Positions 19,630 to 29,628 of a stretch of 64,000 nt of DNA are shown here, piece after piece. The notes beneath the pieces are model-generated. The model saw only the letters and a program-made list of their open reading frames with translations. It did not search any database and had not been told where the DNA came from. Every line of letters starts with the position of its first letter. Position 1 is the first letter of the stretch. This DNA comes from Candidatus Marinacidobacterales bacterium (GTDB lineage Bacteria; Acidobacteriota; Vicinamibacteria; Marinacidobacterales; DATDRI01): NCBI GenBank assembly GCA_965226495.1, contig OZ245365.1, positions 928,001 through 992,000 on the forward strand, read 5' to 3'. The position numbers and the translations under genes are program-made.

Positions 19630-22600
19630 ATGAAGGGACTGTGGAAAATCATTACGCATGTCTCGATGTTCGCCACCCCGCTTTGTCTGTTAACGAGCCT
19701 GCCTGCTGCAACCCATGCCCAGGATCCCGTGACCAAGAGTCATGTTGTCTACCACCCCGCTCTCTACCAGGCACTCAAGTACCGGATGATCGGACCGCAT
19801 CGAGGGTCTCGGGTCACCGCGGTAAGTGGTGTTGCCAGCCAGCGTGAAACCTTCTACATGGCTCCGACGGGTGGTGGGGTCTGGAAGACGATCGACGGTG
19901 GGGAAATATGGGAAAGCGTCTCAGACGGATATTTTGAGGCGGGGTCGATGGGAGCCATTACGGTGGCCGACTCTGACCCCAACGTAATCTACGTAGGCAC
20001 GGGCTCTGCTTGCATCCGCGGCAATGTGTCGCCGGGCATCGGGATGTACAAGTCGACGGATGCTGGCAAGAGTTGGAAGCATGTGGGGTTAGAAGATGCC
20101 GGGCAGATCGGCCGGATTCGAGTGCATCCAAACAATTCCGACCTGGTGTATGTGGCGGTGTTGGGGCATGCGTTTGGGCCGAACGAACAGCGGGGGGTGT
20201 TCCGTTCGAAGGATGGTGGGCGAACCTGGGAGAAAGTTCTTTATATCAGCGAGAAGACCGGGGCGATCGACCTTGCGATGGACACGAACAACCCGCGGGT
20301 GCTGTACGCCGCCATGTGGACCGGGGAGCGGAAGCCCTGGGCGATCCTCTCCGGCAGTGAGGAGGGTGGTCTCTACAAGACCACTGACGGGGGCGACACC
20401 TGGACCGAGCTGACAAACGGGTTACCGACGGGTATCACGGGAAGGATTGGGGTCACGGTTTCTCCGGCCCAATCAGAGCGAGTGTGGGCGCTCGTCGAAG
20501 CCGAGGAAGGTGGGGTATTCCGTTCCGACGATGCCGGCACCACGTTCCGCCGGGTCAACAAGGAGCGCGGTCTCCAGAGACGGCCCTGGTACTACATGCA
20601 CATCTTTGCCGACCCGAAGGACGAGAACACCGTCTACATTGCGACCCGGCACTTCGTCAAGTCGGTCGACGGAGGGAAAACGTTCGAGCCCATCAATGTT
20701 CCACACGGGGACCAGCATGATCTTTGGATCAATCCGCATGACCCGAACGTCATGATCGAGGCGAACGACGGTGGGGCTAACATCTCTTTCAACGGCGGCA
20801 AGAGCTGGTCGACGCAGCTGAACCAACCGACGGCGGAGATGTACCGAGTCACCGTTGACAACCAGTTTCCGTACCGGGTGTACGGTGCACAGCAGGACCA
20901 GTATGAGGCCATCTCGCTGCCGAGTCGCTCGGCAAATTTCGGCGCCAAACTCCAGCTGCAGTACTGGTATGGAGTGGGCGGCTTTGAGGGCGGACACGTT
21001 GCCGTACATCCCGACAACCCCAACATCGTCTATGGAGGGGGGCCCTCCGGAATTATCAGTAGGTACGACCGATCCACGGGCCAGATCCGCCAGATCAAGG
21101 GGTACCCGGAGGGCTGGTCGCGGGGAACGGCGGCGAAGAACCTGCGCTACCGGTTCCCGTGGAGCGCGCCCATCCGGCTCTCCCCGCACGACCCGAACAT
21201 CCTGTACCACACGTCGCAATATGTGCATAAATCCACCAACGGGGGCCAGAGCTGGGAGCTTATCAGCCGGGACTTAACCACCAACGACAAGGCCAAGCAG
21301 GACTACTCCACCGGCCCCATCACGCGGGGCGGAGGCAGCGCCGAGATCTACACCACCATTTTCGCCTTCGAGGAGTCGCCGAAAAAGCCTGGGTTACTTT
21401 GGGCCGGGAGCGACGACGGCCTGATGCACATCTCCCAGAACGGCGGTGCCAGCTGGGACAACGTCACGCCCGAGGGCCTGCCCGAGTGGGGCACCGTCAA
21501 TACGATCGACCTTTCGGCCCACGACCCGGGAAGGGCGTTTGTTGCGGTACACCGTTACCGTCTCGATGACTTCAAGCCGTATATCTTTCGCACCAACGAT
21601 TACGGCAAGAGCTGGAAGCTGCTCACCGACGGCAGCAACGGTATTCCCGCGAACCACTTCGTGCGGGTGGCTCGAGAGGACCCGGATCGAAAGGGCCTGC
21701 TGTACGCGGGCACGGAGTTCGGCATGTACATCTCCTTCGATGATGGGACGCACTGGCAGTCGTTCCAGCTCAACCTGCCGGTGACGCCGATCACCGATAT
21801 GGTGGTGCACCAGAAGGACCTGGTGATGTCGACCCAGGGGCGCTCGTTCTGGATCCTCGATGACTTGACGCCGTTGCACCAGATTACCGACCAGGTGGCC
21901 AAGTCTGAAGCCTACCTGTTCAAACCTCGCGATGCCTACCGGGTGAGGACCTCGGAGGAGGAGGCGGACCAAGCCTACGTTGCCGGGCGAGAGAATGTTA
22001 CTAACCCGAGGGATCCTATAGGGGGCGCGAGAATTGAACGGCATCGTATGGGTACGGAGGCTCCGGACGGGGCGATCATCTACTCCTACTTTGCCAAGAA
22101 GCCTGAGGAGGAGGTCACCGTGGAGATTCTGGACCTCAGTGGCAACGTAATCCGCAGCTTCTCCAGCAAGGACGAGCCCAAGGACAAGTCCGTGGTGGCA
22201 AGGCCGGAGCCGCCCTGGCTGAAGGACGAAAGCACCTATTCCAAAGCCGGGTTGAACCGCTTCGTGTGGGATCTGCGCTATTCCGGTGCGGAGGTGGTTG
22301 AAAATGGGACTCTCAGCAGGCTTACCCGAGATTTGGGTGCGCCCGAGACTATTGGACCCAAGGCAGTTCCCGGTACTTACCAGGTGAGGTTGGCGGCCGG
22401 TGAGTGGAGTCAGACGCAGAGTTTCGAGGTGCTGAAGGACCCGAGACTGGATACGACCCTCGCGGATTACCGGCAGCAATTCGACCTGCTCACCCAGATC
22501 CGCAACCAGATCGGCGAACTCCACCATGCGGTCAGCCAGATTCGGGACGTGCGTGAGCAGGTAAGCCAGCTGGTGGTGCGGTTAAAGAAGACTGCTCGAG

Positions 22601-22989
22601 CGGACGAGGTTGAGAAGGCAGGAAACGCCCTGATCGAGAAGCTCACAGCAATCGAGTGGGAACTGGTGCCGACCGAGGATGACTACCGGATGGATCGGCT
22701 CGACTTCCCGCCGAAGCTGCTCAACCGGTTTACATTCCTTTATAACTTCGTAGGTAGCGCGGACGCCAAGCCTACAGACGGTTCTCATGAACGCTTCGAG
22801 GACCTAAAGCCCGAGCTGGCGAAGCGTGTCGCGCGATTGCAGGAAGTCATCGAAACCGAACTGCCTGCGTTCAACACGCTGATTCTGCAGAGCGATGTGG
22901 CACCGGTTATCGTCACCGACCTGTCCCTTGAAGAAACTGAGTCCGCGAACGTTTTTCGGATGAAAGGGGGTTGCCAAGACCCTTCTTAG
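19630..22989 (+). CDS. Exported VPS10/BNR (Asp-box) repeat beta-propeller protein ('glycosyl hydrolase'-like)
   Basis: RBS AGGAGG; signal peptide; YRMIGPHRGSR; many S/T-x-D-G-G-x-T/S-W repeats; GLNRFVWDLRY; C-terminal helical region. Confidence 0.85.
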   Translation: MKGLWKIITHVSMFATPLCLLTSLPAATHAQDPVTKSHVVYHPALYQALKYRMIGPHRGSRVTAVSGVASQRETFYMAPTGGGVWKTIDGGEIWESVSDGYFEAGSMGAITVADSDPNVIYVGTGSACIRGNVSPGIGMYKSTDAGKSWKHVGLEDAGQIGRIRVHPNNSDLVYVAVLGHAFGPNEQRGVFRSKDGGRTWEKVLYISEKTGAIDLAMDTNNPRVLYAAMWTGERKPWAILSGSEEGGLYKTTDGGDTWTELTNGLPTGITGRIGVTVSPAQSERVWALVEAEEGGVFRSDDAGTTFRRVNKERGLQRRPWYYMHIFADPKDENTVYIATRHFVKSVDGGKTFEPINVPHGDQHDLWINPHDPNVMIEANDGGANISFNGGKSWSTQLNQPTAEMYRVTVDNQFPYRVYGAQQDQYEAISLPSRSANFGAKLQLQYWYGVGGFEGGHVAVHPDNPNIVYGGGPSGIISRYDRSTGQIRQIKGYPEGWSRGTAAKNLRYRFPWSAPIRLSPHDPNILYHTSQYVHKSTNGGQSWELISRDLTTNDKAKQDYSTGPITRGGGSAEIYTTIFAFEESPKKPGLLWAGSDDGLMHISQNGGASWDNVTPEGLPEWGTVNTIDLSAHDPGRAFVAVHRYRLDDFKPYIFRTNDYGKSWKLLTDGSNGIPANHFVRVAREDPDRKGLLYAGTEFGMYISFDDGTHWQSFQLNLPVTPITDMVVHQKDLVMSTQGRSFWILDDLTPLHQITDQVAKSEAYLFKPRDAYRVRTSEEEADQAYVAGRENVTNPRDPIGGARIERHRMGTEAPDGAIIYSYFAKKPEEEVTVEILDLSGNVIRSFSSKDEPKDKSVVARPEPPWLKDESTYSKAGLNRFVWDLRYSGAEVVENGTLSRLTRDLGAPETIGPKAVPGTYQVRLAAGEWSQTQSFEVLKDPRLDTTLADYRQQFDLLTQIRNQIGELHHAVSQIRDVREQVSQLVVRLKKTARADEVEKAGNALIEKLTAIEWELVPTEDDYRMDRLDFPPKLLNRFTFLYNFVGSADAKPTDGSHERFEDLKPELAKRVARLQEVIETELPAFNTLILQSDVAPVIVTDLSLEETESANVFRMKGGCQDPS

Positions 22990-22994
22990 GAAGT

Positions 22995-23056
22995 ATAGGA
23001 AATTTCAAGCCCGCCCGGCGAGTGGAAGCGTCACTCCGTCGAATCCGTGTGCACAC
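22995..23056 (-). repeat. S9 gene 3' end plus ~40-bp flank, repeated in inverted orientation at ~44221-44261
   Basis: GTGCACACGGATTCGACGGA(G/C)TGACGCTTCCACTCGCCGGGCGGGCTTGAAATTTCCTAT follows both S9 genes; contains a short GC hairpin, possibly a terminator. Confidence 0.8.
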
Positions 23057-25088
23057 GATTGTGCTTGGCCAGGAAGGCAGCCGTCCGGACGTATACGTCG
23101 CGGAACGAACCGGTGTGGCTGAACCCGTGACCCTCCCCGACGTAGGCGACGTACTGCACGGTCTTGCCCGCCTTGCGCATGGCCTCGTAGAGCGACTCCC
23201 CCTGCTCCGGGACGACGCCGGGGTCGTCCTGTCCCTGGAGGATGAGCAACGGGGAGCGGGCCTGGGCCACGAAGCGGATCGGTGCCGCCCGATGCCAGAG
23301 CTCCGGGTTCTCTGCCGGGTCGCCGAGTTTGGCCAGGACGCGGACGTTGTAGAGCTTCCTATCGGGCTGCTTGAGCATGAGCTCCCAGTCCGAGACGCCA
23401 AACTCAGAGATCCCCGCGCTGCAGACCTCCGGAGCCTTGGTGATCGCCAACATCGTCATATAGCCCCCGTAGCTGCCCCCCCAACAGGCGATCCGCTCGG
23501 GATCCACGCCCACCTCTTTCTCAAGGAACTCGGCGCCCGCCACCACGTCGTCCAGCTCGCCCCCGGCGTAGTCCCGATAGTTGGCCCGCTCGAACTCGGT
23601 GCCGTAGCCGATGTGGGTGCCCCGCCAGTTGATGGAAAGCACGGTGTAGCCCTGCTGCACTAGGTACTGGTGAAAGGTGTAGTAGCGCAGCCCTCCCCAG
23701 CCCTTCAGGTTGATGCCGCCCTTGCCGTGGAAGAACAGCAGTCCGGGGCCCGACGGGAGGCTCTCCCGTGGTCGTAGGAGGATGGCCGGGACCTGGGTGC
23801 CGTCGCGGCTGGGATAGCGGACCGCCTCGGGCTCGACGAAGCCCGCGGTGATGACGGGATCGGGCCTGGATTCGGTCAGACGAAGCACGGGAGCTCCCGG
23901 GGCCGCTTCCTGGACCACCACCTCCGGCGGCTCGGTGGCGCTGGATCGTCGGTAGGCCAGCCGGCTACCATCCGGCGACCACGCCGGATCGGTGCAGAAA
24001 CCATCGGGTGAGACCCGCACCGGCTCGTCTCCGGAGGCGTCCACCACCCAGACATGTCGCTCTTCCACGTCGCCGGCACGACTGCCGATGAACACGATCC
24101 GATCGTCGGTGGGGGACCACCGGGGGCTGTAGTCGACGTACGGTCCGGTGGTGATCTCCACCGGATCGCCTCCCGCGACGGGTGCGATCCAAAGGTGGTT
24201 GTAACCGGTGCGGCTTGCGAGATACACGATGCGCGTTCCGTCGGGGGAGAAGTGGTGGTTGCCGTCGAAGCGGAACTCCTCCACACCCCGCTCGTAGGTT
24301 TCGGTGACCAGTTGCCTTTGCTCCGAGCCGTCGAGGTTGCTGATCCATATCTCGTAGCCCTTCCAGTCTTCGAATCGCCGGATGAAGGCCAGGCGATCCG
24401 ACGAGGGCGACCAGATAGGAGAGTCCTCATCCCGCGCCGTCTCTGCGATCATCTTCACCTCGCCTCCCGAGGCGGGCACGATACCGACGTCCGTCTGATG
24501 GCCGAACCCAGCCGGCGAGCCGGGTCGAGACAGCGCGTCCTCGCGCTGAACGAAGAAGGCGATGTGGCTCCCGTCTGGCGACCAGTTGAGGACCATGCCC
24601 CTCGGGGCGTAACTGCCCTCCTCGGTGGTCAGACGGACCGGCTGGCCGCCTTCCAGGGGAATCTTCCAGATGTGATCCTTCGAGACGTACGCGAGGTGCC
24701 GCCCATCCGGAGAAATCGTGGTAACGGCCCGGTCCACGAGGGGCGAAAGTTGCCTCAGGGTTGGCACTCCTGGCTGCCCGGGTTCGGCGGCTGCGGCGTC
24801 GGCGGCCCACAGCTCTTTTTCGCCTCCCTGGCTCCAGGAAAAGGCCACCTCCCGGCCACCGGGCAACCAGGAGGGCGAACCCGTATCCCGGATCTCGAGG
24901 ATCTCCTCGATGGTGATGTTGCGTGGCGCACTCGGCCCATCGGTGGCGCAGGCGCAGACCACCCCGGCAAGGGCCCCCACGAGCAGCATGGGCCCGAGAC
25001 CAGAGCGTGGCCGCCCCCACCCACTTTCGGCTCCGGCTCGGCCATCGGGGGGGCAGGGGTTCACGCGATCGATGTTCCGTACCAGCAT
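23031..25088 (-). CDS. S9 (prolyl oligopeptidase/acylaminoacyl peptidase-like) peptidase with PD40 propeller, paralog 1
   Basis: WSPDG repeats; nucleophile GGSYGG; Asp in GQDDPGV; His in GEGHGF; possible lipobox (VVCAC); RBS GAGGAGG. Confidence 0.9.
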   Translation of the reverse strand: MLVRNIDRVNPCPPDGRAGAESGWGRPRSGLGPMLLVGALAGVVCACATDGPSAPRNITIEEILEIRDTGSPSWLPGGREVAFSWSQGGEKELWAADAAAAEPGQPGVPTLRQLSPLVDRAVTTISPDGRHLAYVSKDHIWKIPLEGGQPVRLTTEEGSYAPRGMVLNWSPDGSHIAFFVQREDALSRPGSPAGFGHQTDVGIVPASGGEVKMIAETARDEDSPIWSPSSDRLAFIRRFEDWKGYEIWISNLDGSEQRQLVTETYERGVEEFRFDGNHHFSPDGTRIVYLASRTGYNHLWIAPVAGGDPVEITTGPYVDYSPRWSPTDDRIVFIGSRAGDVEERHVWVVDASGDEPVRVSPDGFCTDPAWSPDGSRLAYRRSSATEPPEVVVQEAAPGAPVLRLTESRPDPVITAGFVEPEAVRYPSRDGTQVPAILLRPRESLPSGPGLLFFHGKGGINLKGWGGLRYYTFHQYLVQQGYTVLSINWRGTHIGYGTEFERANYRDYAGGELDDVVAGAEFLEKEVGVDPERIACWGGSYGGYMTMLAITKAPEVCSAGISEFGVSDWELMLKQPDRKLYNVRVLAKLGDPAENPELWHRAAPIRFVAQARSPLLILQGQDDPGVVPEQGESLYEAMRKAGKTVQYVAYVGEGHGFSHTGSFRDVYVRTAAFLAKHNRVHTDSTE

Positions 25089-25115
25089 CTGAAGCCTCCT
25101 CCTCGGTGCGCCTCC

Positions 25116-28100
25116 TTATGGGCGATCGCTCGTCGTGGGCGACGGCTCCTCCTTTTTCTCTGGCGGTCGTGCGCGATGCATGCTGAAGTGGACACCGCGG
25201 AAGAAGATTTTGCTTTTTCGCTCGACTACGTGGTTACCCTCCACGAGGTAGTCGAGGTTGGCCCGGTCGAACTGGAAGCCCGCGGTGGCCACGACCTTCA
25301 GCCAATCGCCGTAGGCGGTCTCGTCAGGACCCTCGGTGCCACCCCGATAGATGGTGACCTTGGGGTTCTTGCTCATGAAGTCGTTGCCCTCGCCGGCTTT
25401 CTCACCCTTGATGGCGGTGTAGGCGAGCACGCCGTTGGTGAAGTCGAGCCTGAAGCTTTCGGGGTCGAACGCGACGCCCCAGCGGCGGTAGCGGTCGTAG
25501 GCTCGCCGGTTCATGGCCATCACCTCCGGCTCGGCGCTGATGTACTGGGTGACCTTCTCGCGGATCTCGAAGGCCGCCTCCTTGTGTCGGGGGTACTCCG
25601 GGTCCTCGAGGTAGCGGATGCTGGCGTACCAGCCTCGCGTCGCCCACCAGTCGTGGGACTCGGTCGTTCGTTTGCGAACCCATGCCGCGTACTCGGAGAA
25701 CATCTGGACCCATTCGTGGTGGGGGTAGCCGTGCGGGCTGAGGTAGATATCGGGGAGCCACTTCCTCCAGAGTTTCGGGCGATTGTGGGACTCTGGGTAG
25801 ATAGGATCGGGATCCCAGTGGGACTCCTGCACCCCCACGCCCAGGGCCCCCAAGTACCCGGCGTGGAGCATGTATTCGGGGGTGATCTCGTAGAGATCGT
25901 AGGCGAGCTGCGCACCGTCCGGGTTGGTGATGGGATGGACCACTACGTTGGCCTTGTTGAGCTTCTGGCGGAACTGCTCGTCGGTGAGCAGACGCTCGGT
26001 GAGCTTCAGCACGTGGCTGGTGGAGGAGATCTCGTTGGCGTGCTCCCGCGCGGAGTAAATGATAGTGGGCTTGAGCGTGGTCGCCTTCGCGTGAGACCAG
26101 TGGGAGGCCTCTATCGGCGGCATCAGATCCATCGCCCAGATTTCCTTGCCTAAATAACTCTCGCCGAGCTTGTAGACGGTCGTCTCGGGGAAGGTGGACA
26201 TCTTGGCGAGGATTTCGAACGCTTCGTCGGGAGGGATGGGAGTGTCCCACTGCACGAGGGTCTGGCCGTTGTATTGCCAACCTGCGGGCAGGCGCTCGGT
26301 GATGTCGGGGAATGATGGGGGAGCGCCGTTGCTTCCGAGTGACGCCACCGCCTGAGTTGCCGGGTCCACCTCGTACTCCCACCCGGCGGTGATTTTGAGC
26401 TCGCCTAAGTCGTGGTACGCGAGAGTGTCACGATAGAGACCAGCCTGCCGCAGCCGGGACAGGTTCTCCACCAGTGCCGTGATTTGCTGGGCGGACATGA
26501 TCCGTCGGTCCACCTCTTCAACACGCGCTCGCGTCAGGAGCTCGGTGCGCTGATCCGTTTCGGTATCCACCTTCACCCGCAGTTCCAGGCGCTCGATCCC
26601 GTCGAGTCCGTCTCGTACGGTTGCCGCCAGGGCCTGGGGGCGTTCCAGATCCACGCGCCGTATGTCCCGGCGCACCTTGCCTTGCCCGCCCCCTCGCTCC
26701 GTGTACTCCACCACCACCGCCGGACGAGGGGAGGCGAAGCCGCTGAAAGAGATCTTCGCCCGTCCCGCCTTGCCGTCTCCCTTGGGACGCATGATGGGGA
26801 TCACCCGGCCCGGAAAGCGCAGCTTGTCGCCCTGGGCGAATTGGCCCAGCACGTCGAAGAAATGCAGGGTGGTGAAGTAGAGATCCTCGTGCATCGACTC
26901 CATGGAAGCGATGAGCTCCCGGTCGACGCCCAGCAAGTAATTGGGCTCGCTGAGGGTCAAGTCCACGACGAGTTTCCCGAAGTGGGGTGCGTCCTCCGCC
27001 CGGGGGTTGCCCTCGGTAAGCTCCATCACGTAGTCGTACATCCCTTGCAGGGTCTTTTCCTGATAGTGGTCCCAGAAGCGCTCGACGTCGGTGATGATCC
27101 TACGGTCCACAACCGTATCGCCGCCCACCCGGGCGTTGAGCCATCCGGTGGTTACCCGGACCTTCTCGTAATCGGGAAGGGGATCGAAATACGACCTCAA
27201 CACGTACTTAGGCTCGAAGGTCTGCCGGAGCAACTCGCGGCCGTCGGGCGCCGTGGCGATGGCCTCGTACGTCGGTGCACCGATCGGCATCATCTCGAAG
27301 CCGATCTGATCCAACTCGAGGCCCAGCTCCCGAGCCAGCACCTCGTCGATGGGGTAGGTCTCCATCAGCCAGCGACTCTTGGCGTACATGGCCTGCTGCT
27401 TCCACTCCGGCGGCGGGCCGTTCTCCGCAAAGCGGATGGTCAGCTTACCCACCTTCTGGCCTTTGAGCTCCGGGCCTACTACGTCGTGCAGCCAGCTGTA
27501 GCCTTGTTTGTAGGCCGAAAGCACAGTGACGTTGGTGCCCGATTCCGCCGCGCCCGCGGCGATCAGCTCCGCCCTTGCCTTTCCTTCGATCTCCGTCCGG
27601 ACTTCCGGCGGCTCGCTCAGGCGCGCCTCTATCACCACGGGCTGCCCACTCCGGACTTCCGGCACAACCTCCAAGCGAAAGATCTCCCAGAACTCCGCAA
27701 CCTCCGAGGCAACGTCGAACTCTTCTTCGAAGAGGATCGCGGCGTTCTCTACGTCCCGGTTATCGATGCTTACCTCGAGGGAGCCGGCACCCAGGGCTTC
27801 CGCATGCTCCCGCACGATCCCCTCCAGTCCGTCCGCCGGCTTCTCCACCGAAACCAGAACGCGCGCGGACTCCAGGTCTTTTCCGGACAACTCCTGAACG
27901 AGGCTATCCAGTTTGTACAGGGCGGTGGCCGCCTGCCCGGCGGGGGAGCGACCCGAAAGGAACCGGTACAGGTTCTCCTCGACGCCCTCGATGGTCGTGC
28001 GATCCTTGCCGCGCTCCCAGACATTGGGAAACCGCTCGGCAATTTGCCGAAGCGCCCGGGCGACACCGGCCCCGTCACCTCCTGTGATCACCACCGCACT

Positions 28101-29357
28101 CTTGTCCTTGAACGCTTTGGGTACCACTTGGATGAGACCCTGGCCCGGCTCGAGGGAAGGCAGCTGTAGCTTTCCCTTCTGCTCCAGTTGCTGCACGAGA
28201 GGATGGTCGGTGCCGATGAGCACCAGCGACGGCGCCGCTTCCGGATCCTCGATGGCCTCCGGCGCGCGGGCTATGGGGATCTGGACTCCGGCCGACTCCA
28301 GCCCGATGCGGGCGGCAAGATCCACCGTCCCCTCGATCCCCTGGCCAAAGGGACTGAGGAGCACGTCGATCCGGTCGGGGATCAGGTTCTCGTCCGAATC
28401 GCCGAGGAAGCCATCGTTGGTGTAAATACTAGAAAGATCCAACTTTACCTTTGCCTTAGAGCCTGGCCGCGGAGGGATCGGCCCTGCCTTGGGGACGGAA
28501 TTCACTTTTGGCACCTCCACCTCCGCCGCGTCGGCCCCTTGTGCCAAGAGCGCCACACGCAGCACGCGCGCACCCGGGTAGGAGAGAGGCGCCTCGGCGC
28601 CGCTTGCTAAGCCACGACGCGCCCCGACCAGCTCCTCGAGGGCTCCTCGAGCGCGGCTGAGGTCAGACGCCGAGCCTAGCTGCACCTTCACCTCCAGGAG
28701 CCGAAACCCCTGCTCGCCTGCTTTCACACGAAGGCCGGCCACCTCGGAGCCTTGCGCCCGAACCCCGTGCTCGACCAAGAAAGCCTCCACGTCCTGAGTT
28801 ACGTCCTTCAGCTCCGGGCCCTTTGGATCCCACACATGGGGAAGGCGTTGTGCGAACGCGTCCGCCGCCGCCCGGGTGCCGGCATCGTCGGAGCCTGCCA
28901 CCACGACCCAGCGGGGCCCGCTTCCGGAGACCATCCGGACCACGCCCTCGCCAGGCGAAAGGCCCTGAAGCCCGGCATCGGCGGCACGGAGGCCAGCCCG
29001 TGCCACGGCCCCTTTACCAATGAGGATTCCGGTGGTGGCAGCCCCGGGCTCCGAAGCCACCGGCACGTTCATGGCCATGGTTTCGTGGCCCATTCGAGCC
29101 GCGATATCGGCCGCGGCGGCGACTTCCTGAGGCGTCGGCGCCTCACCCAAAACGATGGCCGCCTCGACGAAATCGACTACCTCATCGCCATTTCGATCCT
29201 GCAGGATGGCTCCCGTCGAAAAAATCCCCTCGAGGCCGGTATCGGACTCTTGCGGCGTCGTCTGCGACACCGGCACGGCGGCACCCGACACTGCCAGAAG
29301 GATTATCACGACCAACAACGTGGCCCCTCGGGGCACTCGATACTCTGCCTGTCTCAT
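25116..29357 (-). CDS. Giant exported M14-family metallopeptidase/amidase, paralog 3
   Basis: RBS AAGGAG before ATG 29357; AREHANE, HPITNPDG, SPHGYP, TEGPDET; 27 bp upstream of S9 paralog 1. Confidence 0.85.
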   Translation of the reverse strand: MRQAEYRVPRGATLLVVIILLAVSGAAVPVSQTTPQESDTGLEGIFSTGAILQDRNGDEVVDFVEAAIVLGEAPTPQEVAAAADIAARMGHETMAMNVPVASEPGAATTGILIGKGAVARAGLRAADAGLQGLSPGEGVVRMVSGSGPRWVVVAGSDDAGTRAAADAFAQRLPHVWDPKGPELKDVTQDVEAFLVEHGVRAQGSEVAGLRVKAGEQGFRLLEVKVQLGSASDLSRARGALEELVGARRGLASGAEAPLSYPGARVLRVALLAQGADAAEVEVPKVNSVPKAGPIPPRPGSKAKVKLDLSSIYTNDGFLGDSDENLIPDRIDVLLSPFGQGIEGTVDLAARIGLESAGVQIPIARAPEAIEDPEAAPSLVLIGTDHPLVQQLEQKGKLQLPSLEPGQGLIQVVPKAFKDKSAVVITGGDGAGVARALRQIAERFPNVWERGKDRTTIEGVEENLYRFLSGRSPAGQAATALYKLDSLVQELSGKDLESARVLVSVEKPADGLEGIVREHAEALGAGSLEVSIDNRDVENAAILFEEEFDVASEVAEFWEIFRLEVVPEVRSGQPVVIEARLSEPPEVRTEIEGKARAELIAAGAAESGTNVTVLSAYKQGYSWLHDVVGPELKGQKVGKLTIRFAENGPPPEWKQQAMYAKSRWLMETYPIDEVLARELGLELDQIGFEMMPIGAPTYEAIATAPDGRELLRQTFEPKYVLRSYFDPLPDYEKVRVTTGWLNARVGGDTVVDRRIITDVERFWDHYQEKTLQGMYDYVMELTEGNPRAEDAPHFGKLVVDLTLSEPNYLLGVDRELIASMESMHEDLYFTTLHFFDVLGQFAQGDKLRFPGRVIPIMRPKGDGKAGRAKISFSGFASPRPAVVVEYTERGGGQGKVRRDIRRVDLERPQALAATVRDGLDGIERLELRVKVDTETDQRTELLTRARVEEVDRRIMSAQQITALVENLSRLRQAGLYRDTLAYHDLGELKITAGWEYEVDPATQAVASLGSNGAPPSFPDITERLPAGWQYNGQTLVQWDTPIPPDEAFEILAKMSTFPETTVYKLGESYLGKEIWAMDLMPPIEASHWSHAKATTLKPTIIYSAREHANEISSTSHVLKLTERLLTDEQFRQKLNKANVVVHPITNPDGAQLAYDLYEITPEYMLHAGYLGALGVGVQESHWDPDPIYPESHNRPKLWRKWLPDIYLSPHGYPHHEWVQMFSEYAAWVRKRTTESHDWWATRGWYASIRYLEDPEYPRHKEAAFEIREKVTQYISAEPEVMAMNRRAYDRYRRWGVAFDPESFRLDFTNGVLAYTAIKGEKAGEGNDFMSKNPKVTIYRGGTEGPDETAYGDWLKVVATAGFQFDRANLDYLVEGNHVVERKSKIFFRGVHFSMHRARPPEKKEEPSPTTSDRP

Positions 29358-29628
29358 GGTTCTCTCCTTAACTCCCCCCAACAAACAACCGGGAGTACGT
29401 CGGATCCGACATCAAGAATTTTGTCTCCGTTGAATTGTCCTGGCGGTGGAACGGGCGCTTTGGCCTCTGGAGGACCCGAGTCTACCACGTCCAACACCTC
29501 CAAATCCCGAAAGAACGCCGCCGCATTCGACAGCGTCGACTGGAAGGCTACATCGAGGTATAAGGAGTTTCCTTCGGTTTAGGATCGGGCGGGCTAGCTT
29601 CTTTTGTCTTATGTCCAAGGAGGTTCGA

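Noticed and set aside
24054-28169. Long antisense ORFs (699 aa and 585 aa) and the many similar shadow ORFs across the window
   Set aside because: They lie opposite well-supported genes, have no recognisable motifs, and are expected in GC-rich coding DNA
29399-29417. Palindrome GTCGGATCCGAC and ACATCAAGA shared with 7571-7585 as a common operator
   Set aside because: Spacing differs between the sites, the motif is short, and no cognate regulator is encoded in the window
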